From Hamiltosporidium tvaerminnensis FI-OER-3-3 (taxonomy: Eukaryota > Fungi > Microsporidia): DNA of 64,000 bases. The notes beneath the pieces are model-generated. The model ran no database searches and was not told the DNA's origin. It saw nothing but the letters and a program-made list of their open reading frames with translations. Every line of letters begins with the position of its first letter. Within the stretch, counting starts at the first letter, position 1. Position numbers and translations under genes: made by a program. Shown here in pieces: positions 1 through 12,920 of the stretch. Location: the NCBI GenBank assembly GCA_022605425.2, contig CM061255.1, positions 558,001-622,000 on the forward strand, given 5' to 3'.

Positions 1-3000
1 CAACTTGTTGCAATTTGTATTTTTTCCTTTTATAATCACGATACATTCAGGCGTTCTTCTAAAAGATGCTTCATATCACTTAGATCAGTTTAATTCGGTT
101 CACGAATTTTATTCTTTGGAAAAACAACGAACATTTATAAAGAAATACTGCAACAATTTTTTTCTAATCAAAATTAAAAAAAATAATTTTATGAAAATAA
201 TCGTGTACTTTTTGAAGTTTAGGGTAGTACAAACAACATACCTTAAAGCATTGCTGATTTGACTACAAACATTAAACTAGGCACATTTTGCCAAATACTT
301 ATCGAGTTATTAAAGTGACTATAGAAGTTATACTTGTATTAATATTAATCAGGTTATGTAATAAATAATGTTAGTTTCGTAAAATTATTAAAATTACTAA
401 TTTTATCAAGCCTTATTCATAATGTATAGAATAATCAGGTTGTCTGCACTATATAATTTTATTTACTTTTACAGAACCGCCATATGTATTGTAAAAAGCC
501 TTGATTTCAAATAACTTATATTAATTTAAAAATTTTTATTACTTCACAAATACGCTCTTGATTCATTAGAATTGATCATAGTTGAGATTGATGGTATTCT
601 ATAAATTATTTGAAATGTTACTATGCGCTTCTTAATAGTACGTTGTAAAAAAAATATTTTTAAAGCTTATAATTTTTAAAGGTAGTAAGTAACTATCAAT
701 GTGCTAATTTTTAACAGTAAGATTGCAACCGATTATTTATTCAGAGTTCGATTTTAATAATGTTTCTCTTTTGTTATTAATTAGAGATTTCATTTTTGTA
801 CTATCAATTCATTTTGTAAAATAATGAATATTAAGAAGTACTAAAAACCAGGATAAACTTTTTCCTTAGTTGTTGTTAATTGCTGACATGTATAAAAATC
901 TTTAAAAATATATCGTTTAATATATAAAACGATGAAAATGAGGTTAAAATATGTATTTATCATAGCTGATTATAAATTTTAAAGTTATTTTCGACAAAAA
1001 AAGAAGGATTAAATCGATTGTATTCTTATATTTGTGATTTGTCAAATTATCAAGTTTTTATACTTTTATTTAATTTTCTTAAAAAAAATTTAATAGTAAT
1101 TTTTTTTTCTTGCATGAATATTTCAATTTTATATAAAAAGAATATTCTTGGTGTATGCATTCAGGATATGAAAGATCTTTTTATTGTACAAGATATTTAC
1201 GATACACATGAATGTGATATTTTAAAAGACATTATTCATACATTTGACATTCAAAAATGTTTTTATTCGTTGGATTTAAGTTTAGAGTGATATGAGTGTC
1301 TAGAAGAATGCCAGATAGAATTTGAAATGATAGTAACAAAAACGTATGAGAATTTGTCAGTAAAAAAACATTTAGAACAATTTATTGAAAAAGACAAATA
1401 TAAATTATCCATTTCGTGTTTATCATCGTTACTCATATTTTTTAATTGCCCAGAAATAATTAAGGAAATTATTGCCGATAACAAAAAAGTAAGTTGCGAA
1501 AATCGTTTTTTTGTCGGTAAGAAGGTAAAAACAGTAGAAACAATTAAAGATGAACGCCAAAATAACTTTAGAATGTGTAAACTAATAACATCTATCGGTG
1601 TTTATAATATTCATTTGCTTGATTTGCGTGAAACACTATTTCTTTCGCAATCTACAATGAAATCACTCTATTTATTGAAGGAAAAAAGACATCCGAATAT
1701 TAATATCTCAACTAAAAAAGATTTTTCTGTTATTGAAAAAATAGATTTCACTCAAACCACCATGGGGAAATCTCTTTTAAAGTTGTGGGTAAATTTTCCC
1801 CTTTTAAACATTAAAAAAATTAATGAAAGGCGAGAAATTATAGATTATATCATAAATAATAGTTTACAGACAAAAACAACCCAATTTTTAAAGATGTGTG
1901 TGTGTTTAGAAAAAAACAATAATAATTTCTATCAAAAAAACAAAAAAAGCTATTTTTTCAAACTAAGAAAATTTTTAATGGCATCTTATGAAATTACAAA
2001 ATTATTTAAAAACGTTTTTCAACATGATACAGATTTTATATCTGATCTTATTTATGAAATTGATAGTAAACTAGATTTAAATGCCAAAATAAATTCTGTA
2101 AGTAATAAAGATCGAAAAAATATAAATAAAACCAATTCAAATGATAGCATTCTAATTCCTTTTGATAAATCTAAGGGGAATAATATATTAAATGAATTTC
2201 ATACATTCCTTGACGATGATAGTTATATAGGCAAAACCAATATAAATTTTAATGATATAGATGATAAAAATGTATTTATTATAAAAGAAGGTATTATTGA
2301 GCACTTAGATACCTTAAAAAAAACTTTTAAAGAACTTCCAGAATATTTAGACTGCATTGCTAAAAAAGTATCGAATGAAAAAAATATAACCGTAAGTATA
2401 ATATATTATCCTCAAATCGGATATCTAATTGAAACAAAATCGAATATAGAAGAATGGATCTGTAAATTTAAAATTAAAGAAAATTATTATTATAAAAATG
2501 AATTTATGAATGATTTAGATAGTGAACTGGGGGACATTTTAACACAAATATATGATATTGAACTAGAAATTTTGAATTCGATTCGAAACAAAATAGTCAA
2601 AGAAAGAAGAAAGCTTGATTCTTTGATAGATTATATTGCTATCGTAGATTGTATAAATTCTTTAGCGACATCTGCCATTAAATATAATTTAAAGAAGAGC
2701 GATATAATAGATAAAAATATTTTTGAATTTAAAGATTTGCGTTGTATTTTGAACTTTGATTTTTATGGTTTCGACTTTACTTTAGATTCAAATTGTATTT
2801 TGACAGGCCCGAATTCTTCAGGGAAAAGTTCTTTATTACGTACGATCGGTATATCAATAATTTTAAATCAAATCGGTTCATTTATACCATGCAAGCAGGC
2901 ATCAATGAAACTATTTGATAAAATCTTTACAAAGATGGCATCCAACGAATCTTTAAACTGTAACAGAAGCGCTTTTGCTAGCGATATGTCTTTAGTGAGA

Positions 3001-3959
3001 GAAGCTTTGAATTATGGATCATCAGATTCAATCTTTTTAATTGATGAACTTGGAAAAGGAACAAATATCATTGACGGCACTGCTTTATTTTTATCAATTT
3101 GTAAGAATTCAAGGGATATTTTGGTTATTTCCACTACACATTTAATGGGATGGCTAATCGATAACTTTAATGAAAATAAAACCATTGAAGTTTTAAATAC
3201 AAAAGAAACCCCATCTAACGCCTCGGATCAGAATACATTTAATACAAAATATGCGGTATCTAGTGATGAAAATTCAAAATCAACAAGCATAGAAGCACTA
3301 AATGAAATTTTTGATTGCAAAAGAACAAAAATTGAAACTGAAAATAATAGAAATACTTCTGATTCATCAAGTCAAATTATATCTAAGGATAAAGAATTTA
3401 ATAATTTAGAACTTTCATATATTAATGAATCTGCCTGCTTTAAAAACAAAAATATATTTATCACAAAATCAAAGGATGATTTATCTGGAATTTTAATTCA
3501 AATTTTCGATAATTACTGCTTTAAAATGCTTGAAAAACAGATCAGTTCTAAAAAATACACAATTAAAGATGGAATATGCACCGAAAGTCTTGGGTTAGAA
3601 CTTATGCATAAATTTAATTATCCTGCTAGTTTCTATGATGAATGTATAGAACTAAAGAAAAAATTAAGCCAAAAATATTTTAAAAATTTAAATATGCAGG
3701 AAAATGATAATAACTGGGCTGTAGAAATTATAAATGATGTTATTTTTAATGCCAAAAATACATAAACTTCTGTACAAGATGCTTTACATATAAATAAAAA
3801 CCGAGAATATAAAATGTATCTTTTATTCAACAATTTATCTCCTAAAACAATTTTCGAAATTATTTTTTTATATCATTCATTATTACGCCGAGAATGCTAA
3901 AAATAAAAAGTCAAATTTTATTAATTTATTTTTGTCTTTTAGTCAATACTTTCTGTAAA
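1..3959 (+). repeat. Left arm of ~4 kb inverted segmental duplication containing MSH5 (partner 60022-63978)
   Basis: Position 1 (CAACTTGTTGCAATTTG) is the reverse complement of ~63962-63978. High identity runs through the MSH5 ORF to TTCTGTAAA at 3951-3959 / 60022-60030. The arm may extend left of the window. Confidence 0.97.
1114..3765 (+). pseudogene. MSH5: MutS homolog 5 (meiotic), copy 1, premature TGA at 1288-1290
   Basis: Walker A TGPNSSGKS, Walker B LIDELGKGTN, STTH and YYPQIGYLI match MSH5 rather than MSH4 (GPNMSGKS/DELGRGT). ORFs 1018-1290 and 1327-3765 are in the same frame. The TGA corresponds to CGA (Arg) in copy 2. First ATG is at 1114. Confidence 0.85.
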
Positions 3960-4569
3960 AACTTCAATTGCAAAATAAAATATTTGATAAAGTTTTTATT
4001 TTAACTTATTTAATACTTTTTATAAATTAAAAATTGCTCATAAAAATATAAATTTTTAATTTGTATGACAAATATATTCTATGATAGAAATATTTCTAAA
4101 TAAACGAATTTTTTTGTATATATTATGAATCAAGTTTAATTAACGAATTTTAAAGATGTTTTTCGTACGAAGCCCAAATATTTATATGTGTAAAAATGTG
4201 GGACTATATGTGTGAGTTATGACTGTCACAGCAGAGGCTATTTTTTATTATGAAGGTATATTAACTAAATGGTTTTATTATCAGATTTTTATTTAAAGAT
4301 GCCACAGTATCTATTTGTAGGTTAAAATTTGTTAATTAGGATGCGATAATTTAAAGGCAATAAATATAAAGCGTAAGTTTAAGTGTGATATTGAATTAAT
4401 AAATGAACAAAGAGTTTTAATATTAGTTGTAGTAACTTAACAGGTTGTAATAGAAGTGAAAAGAAGAAAAAAGCTTTATTAGAGATCGGCATGGTTAAAT
4501 TTGTAGTAGTTATTTTTTGCTTCGGTCTATCACATTTTATCGTTTTTCTAAAGTGCGGAAATATTTTTA

Positions 4570-6042
4570 ATTGGTAGTCAATCAGCGAATTTTTACCAAA
4601 AATGTCATTGGATTTGGAAACAGTAAGAATACAATATGCAATTATACTTTGAACTGGAGTGTGCAAGATCGCTCAAATATGTTAACTTACTATATATTAT
4701 TTTGGCTCGTTTCTTTCCCTAAGGATGAAACAATTTCACGAGTAAATCATGGTTACACCATGTTTTAGACGTTCCCTAGACTTTCTTCATTAACTGGTTA
4801 GGTTGTCAGTCTAACCCAAACTTTCTGGTCGAAAAAAAAAGATTGCGTCCACCGGAAATCGAAGCCGGCCTATCGGAATTAAATTTCGATATCGTACAAA
4901 CTAAACCATTGTCGCAACTTACAATGTTATACATATACAAAATGACCGATAAAAATGTATTGAAAGAGCTTGATCATACACTGCATTATTTGAAAGAAAA
5001 TGTGCAACACTTTGGTGGGGCCCAAATTTTATTGTCTGGTGGCATTGGTTAAGCTTTACCATTAATTCAGATTCGAAATTTGCTGATGAGCTCAATGCAT
5101 GTCTTAAACCCTCGGTTTAATACAAAACGCACTGAAACCGACTTTAAAAAACAATACATTGTTCAACTATAAAATGATCCATCCGCCGAAATTTTCGCAA
5201 AACGATTTGTATATTGAAAATAGGAAGATATAAATGACGGATATACACATGTATCACATTTTATGCTAAGTTTTGTGAAATAGGATTAACTGATGATCAA
5301 TTGGTTCAAAACGTTTCCGTAGATATTACCATAAATTACAAAACTCATCAGCGGCTCAGTGAACCTACTATATTTGCCGTTGCCAACAATGATATGAGTG
5401 CCATGAATTTCAAAATTCCAAATGGAATATTGGGAGAGGATAACCATACAAGTTCATCGATACTGTTAAAACAAGACGACATTGTCAATTATGCAACGAA
5501 ATCCTTGAAATTACCGGATTATTTATAATTCATTGCATATTTTGGTATTCAAACTTGGAGACCTATCATTCTTCTGCGACATATAAATCCGCTATAACTT
5601 GTAACCACACAAGACTTTAATTAAAAAAATTTCATGAAAATTTCATATAGCCCAATTTTGAATCAAAATAGCAGATATTCTGTCGCCATCAATTCTAATA
5701 TTTTTCATTTATGGAACTGAACACAAAATCTTTACAGTTTAATAGAGCTTGCCTTTTCATTTACAATAATATAACAACAGGAAAAATCTTTGCGATTTCG
5801 CAAAAAAATTTTATGAAATGTGATTTCACTTGGATAAAACTAGGTGGCCGCTTAACGCGTGGGAAAAATTTTCGATTTACTCGACTGCGGCGAGACAAAA
5901 AAACAAACCATATTGTTTATCCAGAAAGCTCTCAAATAAATAAATAAAAAACATTAAAAAAAATCTTCGAAGTGATGTTAATTTTTGTTTCCTTAGATTT
6001 CCATTGTTTAATTTTCGAAGCATCGCGCGATAGGTAAACTAG
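4570..6042 (+). mobile_element. Degenerate, internally deleted Helitron (Rep/PIF1 helicase remnants with intact 3' end)
   Basis: Fragments LKELDHTLHYLKENVQHFGGAQILLSG, ADELNACLK (~5083-5109), PIILLRHINP and KTNHIVYP match Helitron PIF1 helicase motifs. A palindrome ATCGCGCGAT (6022-6031) precedes CTAG|T (6039-6043), the canonical Helitron 3' terminus. The 5' boundary is approximate. Confidence 0.8.
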
Positions 6043-6326
6043 TAATATATAAGAAGGCATAATACGTGTTAATAACAGTCGTGGTAGTTATAAGGTTTTA
6101 TTTAATAAGACATAGAACATTATAAGATAACATTTTTTAATAAAAGCACTTGTATTCAAAAAAGTGTAATGAAGAGTAAACAGAGTATTCTTGGATATAA
6201 GTGTTAATTACTGTACTAAGTAATGTAGGATTATCATAATAAAGAACATGATTTTTATGGTTATTTTTAATTACGTTATATATATTGTATTTCCTTATTT
6301 AATCTGTTAAATTCTTTACCCTATAA

Positions 6327-6794
6327 ATGGAAGAGTCAATATTAGAAAGAATAAGATTATTAGAAGAAATATTAAAAGAAGTAAAAGATAAAGAAACAGT
6401 AAAAGAAATATTATCACAGAAATATTTAATGCTAAATAGCGAGAATGTCTATAAACATATAAATAATAAACAGAATGTTGATCGATTTGATGAACAGAAA
6501 ATAAAAAATTCAAGTAAAAAAGATCTTACTAAGTATTTATATAGTATTATTGAAAAAAGTAGAGAATATAAAAATGTTGTAGAAAATTTTAAAGAATGTG
6601 GAATAGAAATTTCTGGGATTAAAAGTAACAATGTATGTCCTATTACACTAAAAAAGATAGTGGATTTGTATGTAGGTGAGTGTGGACATAAATTTGAAAG
6701 AATTGCTGTTTCAGAACTTAGAAAACAAAATAGAATATGTCCCGTTGTAGGATGTAGTAAAGTTTTAAGAGAAAAGGTTGAAAGGAACGAATAG
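6327..6794 (+). CDS. NSE2: E3 SUMO ligase Nse2/Mms21-like (SP-RING zinc finger, Smc5/6 subunit)
   Basis: C-terminal CPIT...CGHKFE...CPVVGC SP-RING signature after a helical N-terminus; CCC motif upstream (ACCCTATAAATG). Confidence 0.8.
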   Translation: MEESILERIRLLEEILKEVKDKETVKEILSQKYLMLNSENVYKHINNKQNVDRFDEQKIKNSSKKDLTKYLYSIIEKSREYKNVVENFKECGIEISGIKSNNVCPITLKKIVDLYVGECGHKFERIAVSELRKQNRICPVVGCSKVLREKVERNE

Positions 6795-9059
6795 GTGTGT
6801 GTTTTAAATTAAAAAAATGTTAAAAATTAGTGATTTTCTGCTAGAAATATTTCTTAAGGAATTAATTTTGTTATACTGGTTTTTAATCAGGTGAGAAACA
6901 AGGAATACAGAATTTAAAGTTAAGAAAACAAAGCCGTCAATATTATAAATCTTTTTTAAAAAGTAATATTGCATGGCGAATAAGATATGTGTGTTTTATT
7001 GGCGTTAATATCAATATTTAGGTTTTTTAAAGAATTTAATTCTATATTTTGTTTATTGGAAAATTGGTCGAATACACTAGAAATAAAAATTTATAAATTA
7101 AAAAAAAATATTGTAAAAATCATGATAGCTACTATTTTTTCTTTAATAGGAAGGGATTTGTATAAAAAAACAACTAACTTTAACAATTTTATGACAATAA
7201 AATAAAATATAAAATATTTATTTAACGTGTTGAGATTAGGTTCTATGTGATAACTTGGGATTATTTTATGATTAAATATTGTAAGAAATACTGTATAAGA
7301 CTTTAAATATTTAGGAATACAGAGGATATTTTGTTTATAACCTAAGAAGACTGTCAAAACAATTCTTTTGGATCATCTAGATAGATTTTAATCGAGATCA
7401 ACTTCCGAAGTGAACAATAGGTTTTTAAGCGTGTTATTTAAAGAGTTGAAAACATGAAAAAACGATAACCGCTTGATAACGAATAAGTAGCCACGAAGAT
7501 GGTGTTGAAATCGTAGAAGATGGTATATCTCTTTATTCTATATCGAATCACATAAGTTGAACCGACAATAAATATAAATAAAGATTTGGATTTAGAAGAT
7601 GACTTTTATAGTTTCAAAAAGGTAAAAGAAAATCTTTTAAACCTAGCAATTTATTAAATATGTATTTTTTAGAGACATTTCTACTATTGATAAATCTTTT
7701 ATAGATACACTACATTTTCTAGATATTTAAATATTTCTATGATATCATAGATCGAATCTATATTTAAATACTACGTGATACTAATTTATATTGTATTATA
7801 TTTTCTTAATTTTAAGTGGTGGTTGTTATGCCTACGGCTACTTCTGACAAATCAATCAAGATTTACGGGTTAAAAATTCAATGTTTTGAAGACATAATGT
7901 TTCGGTCAACATTTCCACGAAAATAATGTTCTACATAATCAGTAAAGAGATAACATTTCGAAGATAATGGAATACCTTTTATCAATAAAATTTTCAAAAT
8001 AAAATAATTGATATATTCACATAATGAGATATACTGTATGAATTAAGGACAACCTATTTGTCAAGAAATTTCGATTACATACTTTATTAAATATGTTTAA
8101 GGGAAATATTAAATTAGAGCTTTGCTTTCTTTTGAAAAATAATAATTTGTAGAGACTAAAATTTCAAATCATTATAAAATTTTGTTTAATTTGTTTTTAG
8201 TGATTATTAACTAATTTTTTTCAGTTTTTTGGCGTCCGGCGGTTAAATTTTACAGTTTCTAAGTTTTTTATTTGAAAGAATTTTCTAATTATTTAGTTAT
8301 AAATATTGCGACTCGAAGTTTAAGCTCTGAAACCAAAATATTCTAAGTATAAGAATGAAATCTTATGCGCAAAATTAGAACTTTAAAGTATTATAAAAGA
8401 GAACTGTATCTTAGCAAAAAAATCCAAAGTAAATTTTGATCACGTATGCATTTATAATAAAAAAGGATGTTTTTCTGGCTAAATAGGTATCTTAGTCTCT
8501 TATATGACTGTACATTGACCCATAAAATATGATATATACCTTTTTTATATTTATCATGTAAATAAATTGATTCAGTAATTTTAAAAACTTGTCGTAAAAA
8601 AATTTATACAAAAATGAACAAAGAAGTATCACATAACTTTTTATGAGGTTTTAATAGTTATTAAAATAAATGTTATATTCTTCTGGCTGTTTTCTTCAAA
8701 TTTCATTTATTTTAACGCAAAAATTTGAAAAGTACCATTACAATCTTCCTAATATTCTTAATAATTTTATAAGTTTTTTGCGGGTTTAGATGATCCAGTA
8801 CTAAATAAGATAAAGTATAAAGTCAAAAGGAACAATCTCGGATTGTATATGGCACTAGAAATAAAAAAACTGGGCGTAACAAAACTAATGGGTAAAAGTC
8901 TTGCTTTATCTAGATCGTTAATCGGAAGGGGTAAGAATAGCTAATTTAGTCGTCATAAATAGAATTTAGATTATAAAAATTGAATAAAAAATTTATTACT
9001 TATAAAATGTATTGATATTATCGATCAGCATGTTCACATATTTCATAATAATTAAGGTT

Positions 9060-10340
9060 CTATTTATTTTTAACTACTAACAAATCAATTATTGTAATGC
9101 AAAAAATTCCAATTCCAACAACAAAAATGAAGTACGAAAGAAATGAATAAATGTTTCTTCTGTTATCATTAGAGCGTAAATAAAACAAAGCCGGTAAAAT
9201 AAGACACATAAGTGTAGAAGCCGTAGCCCCAATTATTGTATAAACAATTCCTAATTTTATATCTTGGCTGACAATTAAATAAGTAGCAATAATTAGAAAT
9301 GTGGTAACGATTCCATTTATTATAGTTTCGGAGAGTGTGGTTGTAGTATGGCTCGTAGGAAGATTAGTATTTGTAATTTGATTGGTATTGGAAATACTTG
9401 CTATATCTAAATTTGTATTTCTATAATCGGTTCTAGTTGAAACATATTCCATGTTATTGTTATATTTGGGCATAAACATATAACAAAAGTACATCCGAGC
9501 AGGAATAATTTGAAGGGGATATGAAAACCCCATTACTATAACATAAAGGAATTGTATAAGGATTCCCAGGGTATCTGATGAATATCGTTGCAGAATATTG
9601 TCAGTAACTGATGAAGAATATAAAAGGTAGTTTGACAGCCCAAAAGTGGTATAAGCAATAACTGCAGTTAGAATTGTTGCAAATATTAGTCTTATAAGAT
9701 TTCTTGTGGAATTATTAGGCAATTCATTTCTGACAGAAAAAATATTTTGATGACAAGTAAATGCAAATACTAATTTACCCAGTCCTTCTATCCATTTGGA
9801 TGAAAAAGAAGTGTAAAGAACAGGTGATTGAATCGGTGAAGTAAACAAACGATATATCGATGTTAAAATCACAATAAAAATAGCAATTATACCACATGTA
9901 GATGTATATTTTAAATTGTTAAGATTACGGAAATAACAAACAGATGCGATTATTGCCAAATAAATAGCTGTAGAAGAGTTAGCCTGTGTTAATAAATTTG
10001 ATCCAAATACTGGCTGTAAAACATTAGGCAGCAATTGTCTAATTATTATCAAATATGAAGTACCCACACCGAAACATTTTATAAAAATACCAAAATCCAC
10101 AAGAAATTTGAGTTTTGGAAAATTTTCACTGCAAAGCATCGATATACTAGAAGATCTATCATATTTCTTACTACAAAACATATAAAGCAATAAGCCCGAT
10201 GCACTAAAACATGCGGAAAAAAGTGTTAAGATAAATGCTGGAACAACTCCATAGGTACTAAATATACTTGGGAATGTCAGTATTCCACTTCCCATAGCTG
10301 TTTTCAAAAGATTTATATATCCTGAAAAAAAACCGTTCAT
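9060..10340 (-). CDS. Amino acid transporter, AAAP/Aa_trans family (Avt5/6/7-like)
   Basis: NLLKTAMGSGILTFP, IKCFGVGTSYLIII, VFAFTCHQN and SYPLQIIPAR motifs; many hydrophobic transmembrane segments; 426 aa. Confidence 0.92.
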   Translation of the reverse strand: MNGFFSGYINLLKTAMGSGILTFPSIFSTYGVVPAFILTLFSACFSASGLLLYMFCSKKYDRSSSISMLCSENFPKLKFLVDFGIFIKCFGVGTSYLIIIRQLLPNVLQPVFGSNLLTQANSSTAIYLAIIASVCYFRNLNNLKYTSTCGIIAIFIVILTSIYRLFTSPIQSPVLYTSFSSKWIEGLGKLVFAFTCHQNIFSVRNELPNNSTRNLIRLIFATILTAVIAYTTFGLSNYLLYSSSVTDNILQRYSSDTLGILIQFLYVIVMGFSYPLQIIPARMYFCYMFMPKYNNNMEYVSTRTDYRNTNLDIASISNTNQITNTNLPTSHTTTTLSETIINGIVTTFLIIATYLIVSQDIKLGIVYTIIGATASTLMCLILPALFYLRSNDNRRNIYSFLSYFIFVVGIGIFCITIIDLLVVKNK

Positions 10341-11032
10341 AATATTAATATCAAATTTTTTTTTATTTATTTTGAATTATTTGTTTTTTTATGACACATT
10401 GTTTCAGAAATCTATAGATTTTGTTTTTAAAAATCTTATCTAGGTTTTTTATTGGTAAATATGTTATCTATTGATTAATATATTTATGAAATATATAATT
10501 TACGTACAATAAAATATCTAATTAATTGTATAAGATTATGTTTTGAATGGATAAACCAAACTTAGAAAAAATATTTACTATGGTAATTTACAATTTTCTA
10601 AGAATAGTAAATGTTTAACATGTCAAAAATAAATTATTACCTGAAACTGATTTTTTAAATAATAATTTTAGAATATATGTATAGTTTGATTAAGGCTTAA
10701 ATATATAAATTTTGATATGTTAAATTAGTATATATATGATGTATAGTTATTGCAAAAATAAAATATAATATATTAAATATAAGCCAATACTTTGATATAC
10801 TTCCATATGTTCATTCGATAATCTATGAAATGAAAAAAAGGTTGTTTTAAAAGATTACAAAAAAATAGAATAATAAAAGACTCTTTGAAATATATCTTTC
10901 TATTATTTATTTTTCGAAATACTATGCATTTATCTATCAATCAAATAAAATATAATTGTAAGAGCTAAAAAAACGGATAAGATTAATCCAAAATTTTTAT
11001 AAAGCATTAACGCAAGTATAGCTTATGATTTT

Positions 11033-11266
11033 GCCCACATAGTTTCGGGAATAGATTTGGCTTGGAGTATTCTCTGCTTGTCGTAATATGCGATTAAAAG
11101 GGATTAATCCTCCAAGTTGGGCGTAGGGCTAACAACCCACCCTTTAAAAATACCTTTTTACGAAACCAGAAATTGTAAAAAAAATCCACTGTATAAAGAT
11201 CTGATGCGGAATTACTGAAGGAAACAAAGACTCTTGCAGGCTATAGTGCCTAGGATGAATGAATGA
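11033..11266 (+). mobile_element. Short non-autonomous retroposon, RTE-derived (bipartite, SINE-like)
   Basis: Flanked by a 15-bp direct repeat ATAGCTT(A/T)TGATTTT (11018-11032 / 11267-11281). Internal CTGCTTGTCGTAA and TTGGGCGTAGGGCTAACAACCC resemble RTE 5' UTR motifs. GGCTATAGTGCC plus a (TGAA)n tail resembles RTE 3' ends. Confidence 0.7.
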
Positions 11267-12519
11267 ATAGCTTTTGATTTTAGTTTACTTTTATCAGCCC
11301 AAATATGAAAAACAATAAATAATATGAATCCTAACTAAAAATCTATCTAAAAGATAGATGAGTAATATGTGAATTTTCTAAGTGCAAAGGTTACCTAATA
11401 AAAGTTCATAGTGTTCGCTCTTGAAAACCAGACATTTGGAATAATCCGAGATAGGCTGGTTCTCAATCGTTAGCAAAATTATATTTAGACATTATAATTT
11501 TTCTGTATTTGATACCAGAAATGAAAAAATGCCTTTCAAAACAAATTATGGCTGATAAAATTGGTACTTAGTTAATAATTAATTATAAAGACTAAATACT
11601 TTGTTAAATTGTACCAAGATGAAAGAAAAGGTAGAGAGGCAAATAAATTCAATTCGGTAAATTTTAAATCGATATTTTGATATTTAATCTTTGACTTGAA
11701 TAATAGTTGAGATAAAAAAATATACGTCAAAATTTAAAGGAATACAAAATTTAAATGATGCAAAATTAAAGGTCTCGGTTTATTAGAAATTCACATATAT
11801 ATGCACTAGGAATCATACAAAAACAAACTAAACATTTAAAATAATGGAGTTTAACTATGCTTTAGATTGAAATTTTGCCTGGTAAATATATAACTTGAAA
11901 AAAAGGTATCAATAGAAGACCAAAACTTAAAAATAAGCAGTAAGTCATTTAAATTACCCATAACATTCATAGCTCTTCAAATGGTTTTTTTTAGAAACAT
12001 ACTTAGACATTTTTAACTGCATGAACTCAGAAACATTCAAATTTTGAATGATATGTTAATTTTTTCATTACCTTAGTACAAATGTTTATAGTGCATAAAA
12101 TCTATATATGACATTCTATACATATTCAATCATTTAAATGTATGAATATTAAAGAATCGGGTATTTAAAGAAAATTTTTGTAATTTGGGAGATATATATA
12201 AAACTACTTAACTTCGATTTAAAATTTATTTGGTTTTGTAATTAGCTTATCGGAAAGTTCGGGATTAAAACCAAATTTATACATGAATTAATGATATGAT
12301 GCAATCAATTTTCACATATCTAAATAATGTTGTAAAATTCATGTTTTTAGGAGAAACGTCTCATAACCTTTTGTTTAAATTCTAACGATTTAGCTTTAAA
12401 TTAACGAAATAACAACACCGATTGTATTCGACTGCTAAAAAATGTATAAAAGTTTAGATATTACTTAAAATTATGGTAGATGTTTCTTTTTTTGTTGCAA
12501 AAATATATGTAAATTTTTG

Positions 12520-12920
12520 AAATGAATGGTTTGGGGGGAATAAGCAAGACTATGAACACATATCTTGCTTTTATTTTTGTACAAGTTCCTCAAATATTCG
12601 ATTCATGCCAAATTTTCCTAACTCCTTCTGTTTTGCATTGCGCATTTTAATCGCAACAGTGTGTATCTTTTTTGCTCATATTTAACTTACCCACCATCTT
12701 TTGAAAAACTAAGCTGCCTTCACATACGTTGGATATGTATTTATAAATTCTTCAATATTATTATCTGCTGAAATCTATTGTGCGTGCCAGGTTACTCAAG
12801 TTTCTTTATTTAAGAAATGTAACTATGTTTGAAGATCGGAGGGTGTATAACCACATTAAAACCCATCTGTTTGGTAATGAGTGTCTAGAATTTTATGAAA
12901 ATCATTGCTATCGTTGTAAT
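12520..12920. repeat. Partial copy of the unclassified ~630-bp repeat family with extra flank
   Basis: GGAGGGTGTATAACCACATTAAAACCCATCTGTTTGGTAATGAG (~12838-12881) aligns with the ends of the copies at 27765 and 49455 and with the reverse complement of the 18211 end. Boundaries are approximate. Confidence 0.5.

Noticed and set aside
1018-1113. N-terminal extension of MSH5 from a TTG start (also 62866-62961)
   Set aside because: Non-ATG start in AT-rich upstream DNA; the first ATG is at 1114/62865.
1288-1290. TGA read as a sense codon (alternative genetic code) rescuing MSH5 copy 1; no called intact gene here ends in TGA
   Set aside because: All other long ORFs are open under the standard code with no internal TGA, and the paralog has CGA. 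A C>T substitution or a sequencing error is simpler.
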